Positions 29,396-38,781 of a stretch of 64,000 nt of DNA are shown here, in pieces (position 1 is the stretch's first letter; every line of letters starts with the position of its first letter). The translations under genes were made by a program, and so were the position numbers. A model generated the notes under the pieces. That model was not told the origin of the DNA and did not search any database. It saw only the letters and a program-made list of their open reading frames with translations. The stretch lies in the IMG/VR virus record IMGVR_UViG_2778261571_000004, one strand, 5' to 3'. The DNA comes from a virus. Its lineage: Duplodnaviria > Heunggongvirae > Uroviricota > Caudoviricetes.

Positions 29396-29971
29396 ATGGC
29401 TCTTTCAAATACACAACTTCACACGATATTGGATAAAGCTTCATATGTATCAAATGGGACACTTAGCGAAAATAACATTCAGATACAACGGGGGAAAGAA
29501 ACGAAAGATAAAATTCACGCTAAAGGTTTCTACTTCGGAAAGAGTTCAGCATTACGAGAATCTTATTCAAAAAACAACCCTTACCACATTTATTTAATTT
29601 CACCAGACAATGAGGATAGACGAGATGATTATTCATTGGTCATTTTCCCTTTCCAGATAAAAGAAATACTTCCTGTGATTGAAAATATAGATGGTATTAC
29701 CCCTGGATATATTCAGTTAAGCTCAAACTTCAATACGTTCAAAATTCACAATCGCTTAAAAAGTGATTCGTATTGTGGCGTAGGCTACTCTATAAAGGTT
29801 GAGAACGAAGACAGTCTATGGGAACTTATTGTGCAGATCAAGAAAAGGCTTGAGTTACCTAGAGGAGATAAGAACAGACTATCGACGCTACCTCAGAATG
29901 GATTACCTAAGACAAAAGAGGAAAATACACCTCAAAAGCTGATTGTAGATCTGCTCAACAAACGCTCATAA
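29396..29971 (+). CDS. Hypothetical protein (AT-rich moron)
   Basis: 191 aa ORF, no recognisable motif. Confidence 0.3.
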   Translation: MALSNTQLHTILDKASYVSNGTLSENNIQIQRGKETKDKIHAKGFYFGKSSALRESYSKNNPYHIYLISPDNEDRRDDYSLVIFPFQIKEILPVIENIDGITPGYIQLSSNFNTFKIHNRLKSDSYCGVGYSIKVENEDSLWELIVQIKKRLELPRGDKNRLSTLPQNGLPKTKEENTPQKLIVDLLNKRS

Positions 29972-29978
29972 ACTCTCA

Positions 29979-30353
29979 TTGTCAAAGACGGTTAAAAAGA
30001 TGAAGTCTAAAAAAATTCAATTTTTTTCTATGGCATTCTTGGCATTCTATATAGGAAATACAGTAGCCAAACCTTTAACGCCCGTTCAGCAAGATTACAT
30101 TAAAAGTATTCTAGAAAAACAATTACTGGCCCCGGATGCAGCTAAATACAAATTCCCAGATCACGTTGAAGGTAGCAATACATATTGTTTCAAACTAAAT
30201 GCGACTAACTCATATGGTGGGTATACAGGTTACAGATGGGTACAAATTCCTTACAATGACGTGTTAACCAAGAACAGCAACACTATTGTAGATCTAAATA
30301 TCCTACCTAAAGAGGTTTTTGAAGAAAGCTGTAAAGAATTAGGGTATAAGTAG
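29979..30353 (+). CDS. Putative secreted small protein
   Basis: N-terminal signal-peptide-like hydrophobic segment (FFSMAFLAFYIGNTVA). Confidence 0.35.
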   Translation: MSKTVKKMKSKKIQFFSMAFLAFYIGNTVAKPLTPVQQDYIKSILEKQLLAPDAAKYKFPDHVEGSNTYCFKLNATNSYGGYTGYRWVQIPYNDVLTKNSNTIVDLNILPKEVFEESCKELGYK

Positions 30354-30465
30354 CTCATCACTTGGAAGCATACCCTCGACAATATCAGAAAGATTTGTCG
30401 AGGGTTCGGGCTTTCCCTATGTTTGAACGATTAAATGTTAACAGCAATTAAATATTTTGTATATG

Positions 30466-31266
30466 TTATTCTTCTGGTGGCACGACAAAATCATCGAGCT
30501 TATTCTTTTCGTCTCGAAGCAACTTGATTTCTTCTTCTGTTATACATTTGTCATAATCTGTTTGTTCAGAATGGCACAGTGTAACCGCGAATGGATAGCC
30601 GGTATAGGACAGTCCCCTAACAGGTTCTAGTTCACCGTTGTCTTTTTTCCTAAATTTGTAAAAGTCAGGAGTGTCATAATTGGTGACGCTAACAAGAGCA
30701 TATTTATCATTTTCTCTTGCATACACTTCACTAACACCTCTCGATTCGCCCAACTCTCTACTCACATATGTCGAATCACTTGCAGCATCAAACACAGCCT
30801 GACCTAATGGAGTTTTTTTTAAATCATCTATTTTCTCTTTTTCCTTCCTGATTTTAGATTCGTTTTCCAGATAAAGTTTCACACCGTTTTCTTTACATGC
30901 TAGATTTTGGCGTTCAAAACGTAATCGTTCTCTTGCCGAGTTGGTACTTTTATCCATTGTAACGAATACAATCGGGTTACGTTCACGAACATCAAAGATG
31001 TGCGCATTGAATGCGGTCGCACCTGTATAGGCGTTCAAGACGTTTTTGCCATTCACCTCTCCACATACCATATATGAATAGCTATTTTCACCTAACTGAA
31101 TAGCTCGCATATTCGTGAACCGACCAGCATCAGGATCTAGCAGTGTAGAGCGAATATCCTTTTCAACTAGATCTATGGCTCGCTCTTCATCAGAATCACA
31201 ACCTGTTAATAGTAAAGCCGCTATTAACAATGCTAATGAGTATTTTTTATTCACCCCATTCTTCAT
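30466..31266 (-). CDS. Putative lipoprotein
   Basis: Signal peptide with lipobox LLTGC near N-terminus; 266 aa. Confidence 0.5.
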   Translation of the reverse strand: MKNGVNKKYSLALLIAALLLTGCDSDEERAIDLVEKDIRSTLLDPDAGRFTNMRAIQLGENSYSYMVCGEVNGKNVLNAYTGATAFNAHIFDVRERNPIVFVTMDKSTNSARERLRFERQNLACKENGVKLYLENESKIRKEKEKIDDLKKTPLGQAVFDAASDSTYVSRELGESRGVSEVYARENDKYALVSVTNYDTPDFYKFRKKDNGELEPVRGLSYTGYPFAVTLCHSEQTDYDKCITEEEIKLLRDEKNKLDDFVVPPEE

Positions 31267-31368
31267 GAAACTTATTCCATAATCAATTTTTGGTGGAATG
31301 TACGGTTAGTCTGTCTACGCATCATAGAGATGTATATAATGACCAAAAAAGACTTAAAAAGGTAGACT

Positions 31369-31890
31369 ATGGTTAAAGACATCACCTACGGCATACCGGC
31401 TGAAGTCTGGCCGCGAGACTACGAACATGCTGAAAACATACTTATGTTCTGGCGGAAGAACAACATTCCTGTAAGAGTCACGCTTGAAGACGGTCAGGTG
31501 TTTTGCATGTACGTTCAGGGGACAATGCCTTCCCGCAATAAGCTAGATTTATGCCCGCTTCCATATGATAAAGAAAATCGTATAAGACTCCCACTTGAGC
31601 GCATTAGCACAATTGAATCAGGTGTAATCGATGGCATTGCTCGCGAGTTCAAAGGTAGGCTAACAATACATCCAGACTATGTTGACAATCAGCCATCACG
31701 CCGTGACTTTTTTGCGATATGTCGCAAGGCTTATCAAAACGACCAATCTATAAGGGTCTACATGACAGACGGTCGTGAAATAGAAGGGGTGTCAAGAGGC
31801 GTTGATGCTTGCCAGGTCACTCTTAAGTTAGAAGACGGCAGAAAAATACTTGTTTTCTTCGATTGGGTTGAACGAATCCTTCCATTTTAA
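31369..31890 (+). CDS. Hypothetical protein with two beta-rich repeats (weak resemblance to Rof/Sm-like fold)
   Basis: Internal repeat VRVTLEDGQVFCMYVQG / QVTLKLEDGRKILVFFDW; pattern only. Confidence 0.25.
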   Translation: MVKDITYGIPAEVWPRDYEHAENILMFWRKNNIPVRVTLEDGQVFCMYVQGTMPSRNKLDLCPLPYDKENRIRLPLERISTIESGVIDGIAREFKGRLTIHPDYVDNQPSRRDFFAICRKAYQNDQSIRVYMTDGREIEGVSRGVDACQVTLKLEDGRKILVFFDWVERILPF

Positions 31891-31902
31891 ATCTATAAGG
31901 GT

Positions 31903-31930
31903 AATAACCGGCTAAGCCCGGTTATTATTT
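31903..31930 (+). terminator. Rho-independent terminator
   Basis: aataaccggctaagcccggttatt hairpin followed by T-rich run. Confidence 0.5.
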
Positions 31931-32185
31931 TACATGCCATTCATTTAAAACTCTTTCAATGTCACTCTGTATAAATATATAAGGTTAAAAGCCCGAATTG
32001 ATTATTTATTTAGGGAACACCTTCGACGATCTCGCTTTTATTTCTAGGACTTTCATCCCTGCAGAAAATTTAAAAAAAACACTTGCAATCTTTTTTCACG
32101 TATTGATAATTGAACTCGTCGAAAGCGAGCTGGCTAACGACAGTAAAAAATAAATTCATTTTAATTTTTCGTAAGGATGTCCATC

Positions 32186-32836
32186 ATGGCTAACATTATC
32201 ATTTCTAAAAAATCCATCATTGAAGCTGCTGCCATTGTATCCGACGAGCTGCGCGAAAAAGCAGATCTGGCAACTCAAACATATAACGAACATTATAAAA
32301 ATGGTACGCACACCAAAGCAGACAAAGCAAATATGCAAGCTGCGACCACTAAACTTGCTTACTTCATCAACAACGTCGTAAACGCAGTAGAAGACGAAAA
32401 ATTATGCTCTGTTTTCTACTATGCGATTAAAGCAAGCAAACAAGCGCCAGAAGTATTTTTCCGTGATGCAATGACTAATAGTTATTCTCTGGAAAAACTG
32501 GTCTATCTGGTCAAATCAATTAAAGCTGGTAAATGCGTTTATTCCATCGCTGATATGTCAGGATCTCGTGTATTCGCTTTAATCGATATGATTAACGACG
32601 AGATCGACACGTTCACCAATGGCGCTGTTTTCGATTTAATGAATGAAGCGAAAAAAGCGTGTGAAATTAAATTGGACGCTGGCTATACTCAAGCCAACCA
32701 GTTGATCAATCTTTGCGAACGTCTTGGACTTGTTGAAAAAGTCAAAGGAGCTGGGAGCGCGAAAGCTGGTACTCAGCAATATCGCTTTATTAAAAATGAT
32801 TTCTATAACTATCTGGCTGATGCTTTCAAAGCGTAA
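32186..32836 (+). CDS. Hypothetical protein
   Basis: ORF track 32177-32836; start adjusted to MANIIIS; AT-rich. Confidence 0.3.
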   Translation: MANIIISKKSIIEAAAIVSDELREKADLATQTYNEHYKNGTHTKADKANMQAATTKLAYFINNVVNAVEDEKLCSVFYYAIKASKQAPEVFFRDAMTNSYSLEKLVYLVKSIKAGKCVYSIADMSGSRVFALIDMINDEIDTFTNGAVFDLMNEAKKACEIKLDAGYTQANQLINLCERLGLVEKVKGAGSAKAGTQQYRFIKNDFYNYLADAFKA

Positions 32837-32849
32837 TTAATGGAATCTT

Positions 32850-32870
32850 GCGCCCACTATGGGCGCTTTT
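32850..32870 (+). terminator. Rho-independent terminator (identical copy at 33121)
   Basis: gcgcccactatgggcgc hairpin plus T run. Confidence 0.55.
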
Positions 32871-32883
32871 AAGGAGCTTAATC

Positions 32884-33114
32884 ATGTTTATTCTTATCGC
32901 TGGCGTTAACGTGCGCAATGAATATTTTGTTAATCGCATCGCTGGGATCGCTGGTTACGCTGGGCGCGCAGTCGAGTTCATAAATGAAACAACGCGAAAA
33001 ATTGACTTATTGAACGACCAGGAGCGAAAAAAAGCAGACGTGAATGACGCTGATATATTTTTAATGTTAAAAGCGTTTGTAGAAATGGGATTTAAAATCA
33101 GTTTACACAAATAA
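32884..33114 (+). CDS. Hypothetical small protein flanked by identical terminators
   Basis: Start at MFILIAG with AAGGAG RBS; ORF track 32848-33114. Confidence 0.35.
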   Translation: MFILIAGVNVRNEYFVNRIAGIAGYAGRAVEFINETTRKIDLLNDQERKKADVNDADIFLMLKAFVEMGFKISLHK

Positions 33115-33120
33115 AATCGA

Positions 33121-33143
33121 GCGCCCACTATGGGCGCTTTTTT
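33121..33143 (+). terminator. Rho-independent terminator (second identical copy)
   Basis: gcgcccactatgggcgc hairpin plus TTTTTT. Confidence 0.55.
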
Positions 33144-33167
33144 CGTTTCCAATACTCCCACCATAAC

Positions 33168-33192
33168 GCGCCAATGATGGCGCTTTTTTATT
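33168..33192 (+). terminator. Rho-independent terminator-like hairpin
   Basis: gcgccaatgatggcgc hairpin plus T run. Confidence 0.45.
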
Positions 33193-33604
33193 GTCTTTGA
33201 CTCACTCCAACAACATAAAAATAAGCGCCAAAATAACGCCATAGACGCGCTTTTATATCCTTGTCAGTACATACCCATTACTTAACACATTAACGCGCTT
33301 AAAACGCGTTATATTGCGCTATAGAGTATGGTTAATCATTGGCTTTTAGTCTTGCTATGTGATCCGCGTTTATTTGTCGGCGCGGATCGGCTCTTTGTGT
33401 TGTTTTGTATCCGCTCGCGTATTATGTGCGCGTGATTTTTCACATAATCACACCACTTAATCACATATGTGATTACGCTACGAAAGAAATCTGGATGTCT
33501 CAGGCGACGAAAGTCATCATAATTTTCCCCGCTCACCTGTCCGACAACCGCTGGTTGGATTCCACCAGCTTCCCGATGTTTTTTCTACATAAAGGCGAAT
33601 GCAG

Positions 33605-33694
33605 CCGTTTCCCGAAAAAATCCTGGCCGTTCCCCCGTCGGCTCATGAATACGTTCCTCGCCGCTTCTGAAAATTTCCCTGCGGCAGCTGGTGG
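33605..33694. repeat. Short cluster of about 22-bp direct repeats related to the array at 37572-37712, with adjacent Chi octamer
   Basis: CCGTTTCCCGAAAAAATCCTGG then CCGTTCCCCCGTCGG...; GCTGGTGG at 33687-33694. Confidence 0.45.
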
Positions 33695-33730
33695 CTATAG
33701 AGAAAGGGCCGTTTCTGGCCCTCTTCTCAG

Positions 33731-34213
33731 TTACACGCCATCAAGGATGTGGATGCGGTTGCTTGCGTATACATTCAGCATAAAGTTAGCGCAAAACAGT
33801 TTCCATGTATCAACGCCAGCGGTATACGTAATGTTTTTGCATTTAATCGCATTGTTGGCGATCCGCATCCCCTGCGATACTGCTTCATCGTCGGAAAATT
33901 TGAACGACGATTGAGTTTTAATCCAGACAGAAATCTGCGTAGCGAACTCAATCAGCTTGGACTGGCAGAATCGCCCGGAGCGCACCGGAAAGACGAACGT
34001 TCCGAATCCAGAATTTACCACATACGCTTTCTCAAATACCCGCGAGTAACGACGATTGCAAATGATGTCGCGTGCAATAATGCATTTTTCTTGTGCTGAC
34101 AGTTCTACCGTCTCATTGTCGCGCCATGCACCAAGTACTCGTTTTTCAATGTCAGAGAACGTTACAGCGATATTGCCATGTGCGGGTGCGTTTACAGTAG
34201 CGATAAAATTCAT
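33731..34213 (-). CDS. Hypothetical protein (operator-tagged moron)
   Basis: 160 aa; motif family 2 about 25 nt upstream of start. Confidence 0.35.
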   Translation of the reverse strand: MNFIATVNAPAHGNIAVTFSDIEKRVLGAWRDNETVELSAQEKCIIARDIICNRRYSRVFEKAYVVNSGFGTFVFPVRSGRFCQSKLIEFATQISVWIKTQSSFKFSDDEAVSQGMRIANNAIKCKNITYTAGVDTWKLFCANFMLNVYASNRIHILDGV

Positions 34214-34235
34214 GATTAATTCCTTATCGTAAATA

Positions 34236-34250
34236 ACAAATTGTTTTCTT
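34236..34250. promoter_or_regulatory. Operator-like palindrome, motif family 2
   Basis: aacaaattgttttct upstream of gene starting at 34213. Confidence 0.4.
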
Positions 34251-34418
34251 GTTGGTGTTAATTATCGTTGTACGAATAAGGCGTCAAAGTAGAAAGTTAC
34301 GGTAGCCGGACGGGAACAGGTGGGTTTGTCGGTTGCCTGGAGGTAAGAGGTTGGTGTTTTTAGCCTGCGGTAAACAGGATGGTCATTTAAGGCCACCAGC
34401 GTAAACTGGTGGCGTTTG

Positions 34419-35117
34419 TCATGCTGGAATCATATCTAATTGAAAAGATTCCATTATATATGTTGGTTCATCGATGTAGTCCTTCAGCCTATTGTCAAAT
34501 GACTCAAGCGGATTGTGTGGCGGATGATACCAGTCCGAGTATTCATTTAAAAAATGACCCATTATCAGTTCGATACCCACCTTTACTCCTGCAACTCCGA
34601 ACCATGCATTGTGCGTTAGTTGCTGGGCGTCTGTATCCAGTACGCGAATGCCATCAACAAGCTTTATTAGATTCCTGTGGTTTTCGTGTACTGTAACCTC
34701 TCCGCTGGTTAAGTCTATTTCAGCGAGAAAATATGGTCTTTTGCTTCCGTCGGACTTTTTGAAATGACAGTCATAAGCGACAGCAAACCACGCTTTACTA
34801 AAGTCTTTGTTGGCGTAAGTGGTACACATGCAACTAGGATAATCATCAATGTTAAACCAATCAGGAAGCGGATCATCTTTAGACGAGCCAGCAAAATCAT
34901 CAGCTAGTTTGTAGTTAATGTCTGGGTTGTACTTGCTGACAAAATCATCCACATCCTCTACATCCTCAACACCTTTCCAAACTTTACATTTCTCCGACCA
35001 AAAGAATCTCGCAATATCCGAAATGACTGGGAAACGTTTTTCAATTGAATTTATCAACTCTGCATGTTCTTTAAGAGATTTACGCTTGTTGATAAGCTTC
35101 TGAAGATGCGTACTCAT
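34419..35117 (-). CDS. Hypothetical protein
   Basis: 232 aa ORF, acidic N-terminal half, no recognised motif. Confidence 0.35.
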   Translation of the reverse strand: MSTHLQKLINKRKSLKEHAELINSIEKRFPVISDIARFFWSEKCKVWKGVEDVEDVDDFVSKYNPDINYKLADDFAGSSKDDPLPDWFNIDDYPSCMCTTYANKDFSKAWFAVAYDCHFKKSDGSKRPYFLAEIDLTSGEVTVHENHRNLIKLVDGIRVLDTDAQQLTHNAWFGVAGVKVGIELIMGHFLNEYSDWYHPPHNPLESFDNRLKDYIDEPTYIMESFQLDMIPA

Positions 35118-35400
35118 TTTTAATTCCTCGTTTGTTTTCGATGTGATAATTATCGCTGAATGAAATAGGCTAAAAAGAAGATTTATAAGGCTACTATCTG
35201 GAAGTAAGGCAAAGTGTTGTCATTTAAGGCCACCAATGCTGATGGCCTTAATAATTATCGCCCGATTACGCTAAGGATCTTTTCCTCAACTGATTTGTTG
35301 TTGCGACTAAACTGCCTTGCGTATCTGATGACAGAAGAGGCGTTTCGCTTTCTGACCATCTCGGCTCTTTCCTTCAGGCGTTTCTTGAAATCGCCCATAT

Positions 35401-35776
35401 TTACCACCAGGCGCAAAACGTCAGTCTGTTATTGTGAAAGTCGTGGTTCTTAATCAGGTCTTCCACAAGCTCTTTCAACTCCCCCACATCATGCCAGTAA
35501 CCTTCATCGTACTCCTGACTGCCGAAGAAAAAACCTTCCCGGGTAGGCAAGTACTCTTCGCAATTACTTTCGTTTATGTGCATCAAATGAGCCTTCAGAA
35601 AACAAATGTCATTCATCGTTAATTCTAAAAGCTCACAATTTTCGACTTCACCTACGTTGCGCTCCATCCACCCAACGAGCGCATTGAACTTACGGAAGTA
35701 AGCAACCCGCTTTCTGGATGCCTCATTATTCAGATCGTTTTTTGGCTGCGTCTCGATGTAGATATCAAGTCCCATG
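35401..35776 (-). CDS. Hypothetical protein
   Basis: Start set at MGLDIYIE with AAGGA RBS; ORF track 35401-35817 begins at an alternative start. Confidence 0.3.
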
Positions 35777-35892
35777 ATGGTTTCCTTATTAAGTTGCTTC
35801 AGTGAAATCATTTTCACAAATCAGATAAGGCAGAAAACAAATTGTTATCGGGCATAATAAAATGGCGCGGTTTGCGCGCCATTTAAAGAGGA

Positions 35893-36286
35893 TTAAGCGA
35901 ATACGCTTTCAGGGATTAAGGTGTCGGCAGGAATGCCAGAGGTAATGCGCAGACCGTACTGGCCAATCCAGGTGGTGCTGGTGTTCAGGCTGGAGGCGAA
36001 TACGGTGTTAACCATATTCATCATGGTTTCAAACACCTCTTCATCAACCTGGCGGAAGTAGTTCTCGATTTTCAGCAGCAGCGGGTCAGTTGCATCGAGA
36101 ATGGACTGGTATTGAGTCGCGTACTCGCCGTCGGAGTCATCACCTTTACGCACGATCGTACTGGCCTGTACTTCGGCGCCAGTTTCGGTGTTGTACGTAA
36201 CAACGGTGATTTTTGCCACATTCTTACCTTCGGCGGTTTCAGAGGCATAGTAAACATCAACTGTCAGTTTTTCGCGTTTAATGGTC
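35893..36286 (-). CDS. Hypothetical protein
   Basis: Start set at MTIKREK with GGAG RBS; ORF track 35893-36354; terminator hairpin downstream. Confidence 0.35.
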
Positions 36287-36414
36287 ATTTCACTCTCCGT
36301 AGTGTATTGGTTATTTTTATATTCTATGATCGTAAGTATGTACTTACAATACAAAAAAGCCCCGTAAGGATGGCGGGGCTGTCGTACGGTCGACTAATTA
36401 CCACTTGCACATTA

Positions 36415-36726
36415 TCAGGCTATTGCCATCACTGATGCTCTCTGAATCTCTTGCTGGGCCACGCGGTTAACTTCCATCAAAGCCAGTTCGAGCTGATGTT
36501 CCGGCCACATTCTTTGAAATGCCACCCAGCCTTTTCCACGCTGGCGACGAACATTCATTACATAACGAGTAAAGGTGTTTTTATCGAAAGACACCGCTGT
36601 TTCACGGAACAGACGAATAGAGGTTCCATTGGCAACGATGTCCAGCAAAGTTAATTGAGCAACCAGCGCAGGCTTCTCTTTTCTCTTCTGGTCTTTGTCC
36701 AGACCAAGAACCAATGATTTTTTCAT
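36415..36726 (-). CDS. Hypothetical small basic protein
   Basis: Start set at MKKSLVLG with GGAG RBS directly downstream of motif family 2; ORF track 36415-36774. Confidence 0.3.
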   Translation of the reverse strand: MKKSLVLGLDKDQKRKEKPALVAQLTLLDIVANGTSIRLFRETAVSFDKNTFTRYVMNVRRQRGKGWVAFQRMWPEHQLELALMEVNRVAQQEIQRASVMAIA

Positions 36727-36736
36727 CACAACTCCG

Positions 36737-36754
36737 TAAACAACTTGTTTTCTC
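36737..36754. promoter_or_regulatory. Operator-like palindrome, motif family 2
   Basis: taaacaacttgttttctc immediately upstream of RBS. Confidence 0.4.
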
Positions 36755-36879
36755 AATGGCGTAAATAATACCAATAAGAAAACGGCTACAAAGCATAATG
36801 ATCAGGTGCATGAGCGATATGCAGGTTCCTCCCTGCGGCTATAGAGAAATTAAGCCAGCAATGCTGGCTTTGGTTGGGA

Positions 36880-37230
36880 TTACGCGAATACCTCAAGAAA
36901 CTCCTGAACGTCCCAATGCTGGACGAGGTGAAGATAGACCTTAGAAATCACGTCATTTTCGCTATCGCATGTGAAGTAGTACTTCTGGCTGCGGTTGTAT
37001 GTGTCCACACAAAATTCGCTCATATCCATAAAGTCAGCATCTTCACCCATGTCGCAAATCATCAAAGCAGGTGCGTCATCACGAGTCATCAGCTCAAGCA
37101 CCCACCGCGAATTAATCAGAGTGGAAGACCAACCTTCTAACTCATAAAACTGATCAAACTCTTTTTGAGTTAATTTCTTAATTTGGTTGATGTCGATATT
37201 TGCAAACATAAAGCAATCCTTAAACAACAT
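36880..37230 (-). CDS. Hypothetical acidic protein
   Basis: 116 aa, D/E-rich; start codon lies inside a motif family 2 palindrome (gaaaacATGttgttt). Confidence 0.3.
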   Translation of the reverse strand: MLFKDCFMFANIDINQIKKLTQKEFDQFYELEGWSSTLINSRWVLELMTRDDAPALMICDMGEDADFMDMSEFCVDTYNRSQKYYFTCDSENDVISKVYLHLVQHWDVQEFLEVFA

Positions 37231-37571
37231 GTTTTCTTGATGGTGTTATTATCGCAATAACGCAAAGGCGAAAAAGGATTTTATTCCGGTGAATGTGGTT
37301 TTGGCAGTGAGTTTTCAGGTTCAGTACCGAGTACACTTTTTACATTATTCTGATTTAGTGGCCGAAGGTGGCTGGTGGGCAGAATAATCATCTCCCCGAA
37401 AACCTACTGAAATCGATTGTGACCCGTTGGCTGTCTGGCACAATTACGCTGTAACTGGGCATTCAGAGGGAGTCCAACGGTAAGTTAGTCCGCCTACGTG
37501 AGCGCCTCTCTTCTTCCCGCACATTACAGGTGGATAGCCGCAACTCTCCCTCTCGCTATACCGGTACGCCG

Positions 37572-37712
37572 CCGTTCCTGAACCGGCATCGAGCCTTTTC
37601 CCGAAATCCACACAGGCAACTCGACCGTTTCCCTGAAAACCTCCAGCCGTTCCCCGAAGGCAACCCAGCCGTTTCTGTAGCGGGATGCAGCCTTTTCCCT
37701 TATGGACCGGAG
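37572..37712. repeat. Array of six tandem 22-bp direct repeats (iteron-like)
   Basis: CCGTTCCTGAACCGGCATCGAG, CCTTTTCCCGAAATCCACACAG, CCGTTTCCCTGAAAACCTCCAG, CCGTTCCCCGAAGGCAACCCAG, CCGTTTCTGTAGCGGGATGCAG, CCTTTTCCCTTATGGACCGGAG; strict 22-bp register apart from one 9-nt gap. Confidence 0.65.
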
Positions 37713-37859
37713 GCTGACCGTAGGGGTGTTACGGGGGATAAAATCAGGAGTTGAATAAATACGAAAAAGGAGGCGACACCCCTCCTTCCCTCCCCACTTA
37801 TACATACCTGTCTTGTTCGCTATACATGTTGTGTTTTCTTCGTGTTTTATCTGTCTCAA

Positions 37860-38700
37860 CCTCTCTATAGGCGTTAATGCTCACTCCTTCCAGAACGTTC
37901 TATACGGCGACTAATTCTGTTGGTGAATTGGGTGTGTTGTTCTCTCTGTCGGTGTAAATGGTTTCGTTCGTTTTGCGGTGGTTCTTCTATGGGGTGTTCT
38001 CGTCGTTTTGGTGATTGTTCTTCTCCGTCTATGGAGTAATGGCAGGTGGGCGATTGCTTTCGTTATTGTGTTTGAGTTGTTTGTCTGGAGTGTGTGAAAG
38101 GCTTTTGTAGTTATTCGTGTATTGGGTAATGGCGTTTCCCGTGATTGTTATGTTTCGTGTCTTTTGGGGTTGAGAGAAACCTTGCGGTAACAGGCTTCGT
38201 TGGGGTTTCAGTGATTCTGGTGTTTCTTCGCTGTTTGGGGAATGGCGTGTCGTGGGTATCGCGCGTATGAATGTTTTCGGATTGCCTGTGAAAGTTAGGT
38301 TGGTTGTCCGGTAGCCTGGGAAGAAGAGGTGGGTCTTTTCGGTAGCCTGCCATAAAGAGGTTGGTTGTTTTGGGGAATGGCATATGTGTTATTTAGTTGT
38401 TTTGTTATGCCTGAAAATAAGTTGTTTATATGGTTGTGTAACGCAATGGGAGTGATTTTGAGCGTGTGTTTTTGTTGGTAGTGTGTTGGTCGTCTGTGGT
38501 GAAAATTGGACGCTGTGGCGCTGTCTGCTGCGTAGAATTACGGGTATAAGCAGTGATGTGTGAAAACGTCAATTTTTTAGACCAAATCGGGTGAAAGCGT
38601 TGATGTTTCGTTGATCTGTTATTCAGTTGTTTCCTTGATTGTATAAACAACTATAACTTATTGATATTTAAGGGTGTGATTGCAGGTATGGAAGGAGAGT
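37860..38700. other. Non-coding region with extreme GT strand skew and degenerate 100-130-bp repeats
   Basis: About 78 percent G+T on plus strand in sampled 60-mers; recurring words gtaatggc, gggaatggc, cggtagcctg; ORFs here are low-complexity. Confidence 0.5.
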
Positions 38701-38781
38701 AGTGGCGATCAACGGATTCTTATAGAAAAGAATCAAATTGTGACCGCCATTATCAACTGATTGATTTGTTTACTTGTGTAG

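Noticed and set aside
33687-37378. Chi octamers (GCTGGTGG at 33687-33694 and 37371-37378) as a special feature
   Set aside because: Two Chi sites in 64 kb is within normal enterobacterial density; noted only because both lie next to the repeat clusters
37572-37712. CRISPR array interpretation of tandem repeats (also 47207-47242 and 1300-2300)
   Set aside because: Units are contiguous without unique spacers (22-bp array), or are in-frame coding repeats (TAEL in hsdS, 99-bp units in J); no cas genes present
37524-38650. ORFs 37524-37859, 37530-37754, 38111-38383, 38426-38650
   Set aside because: They coincide with the 22-bp repeat array and the GT-skewed region; translations are low-complexity products of repeat or skewed DNA
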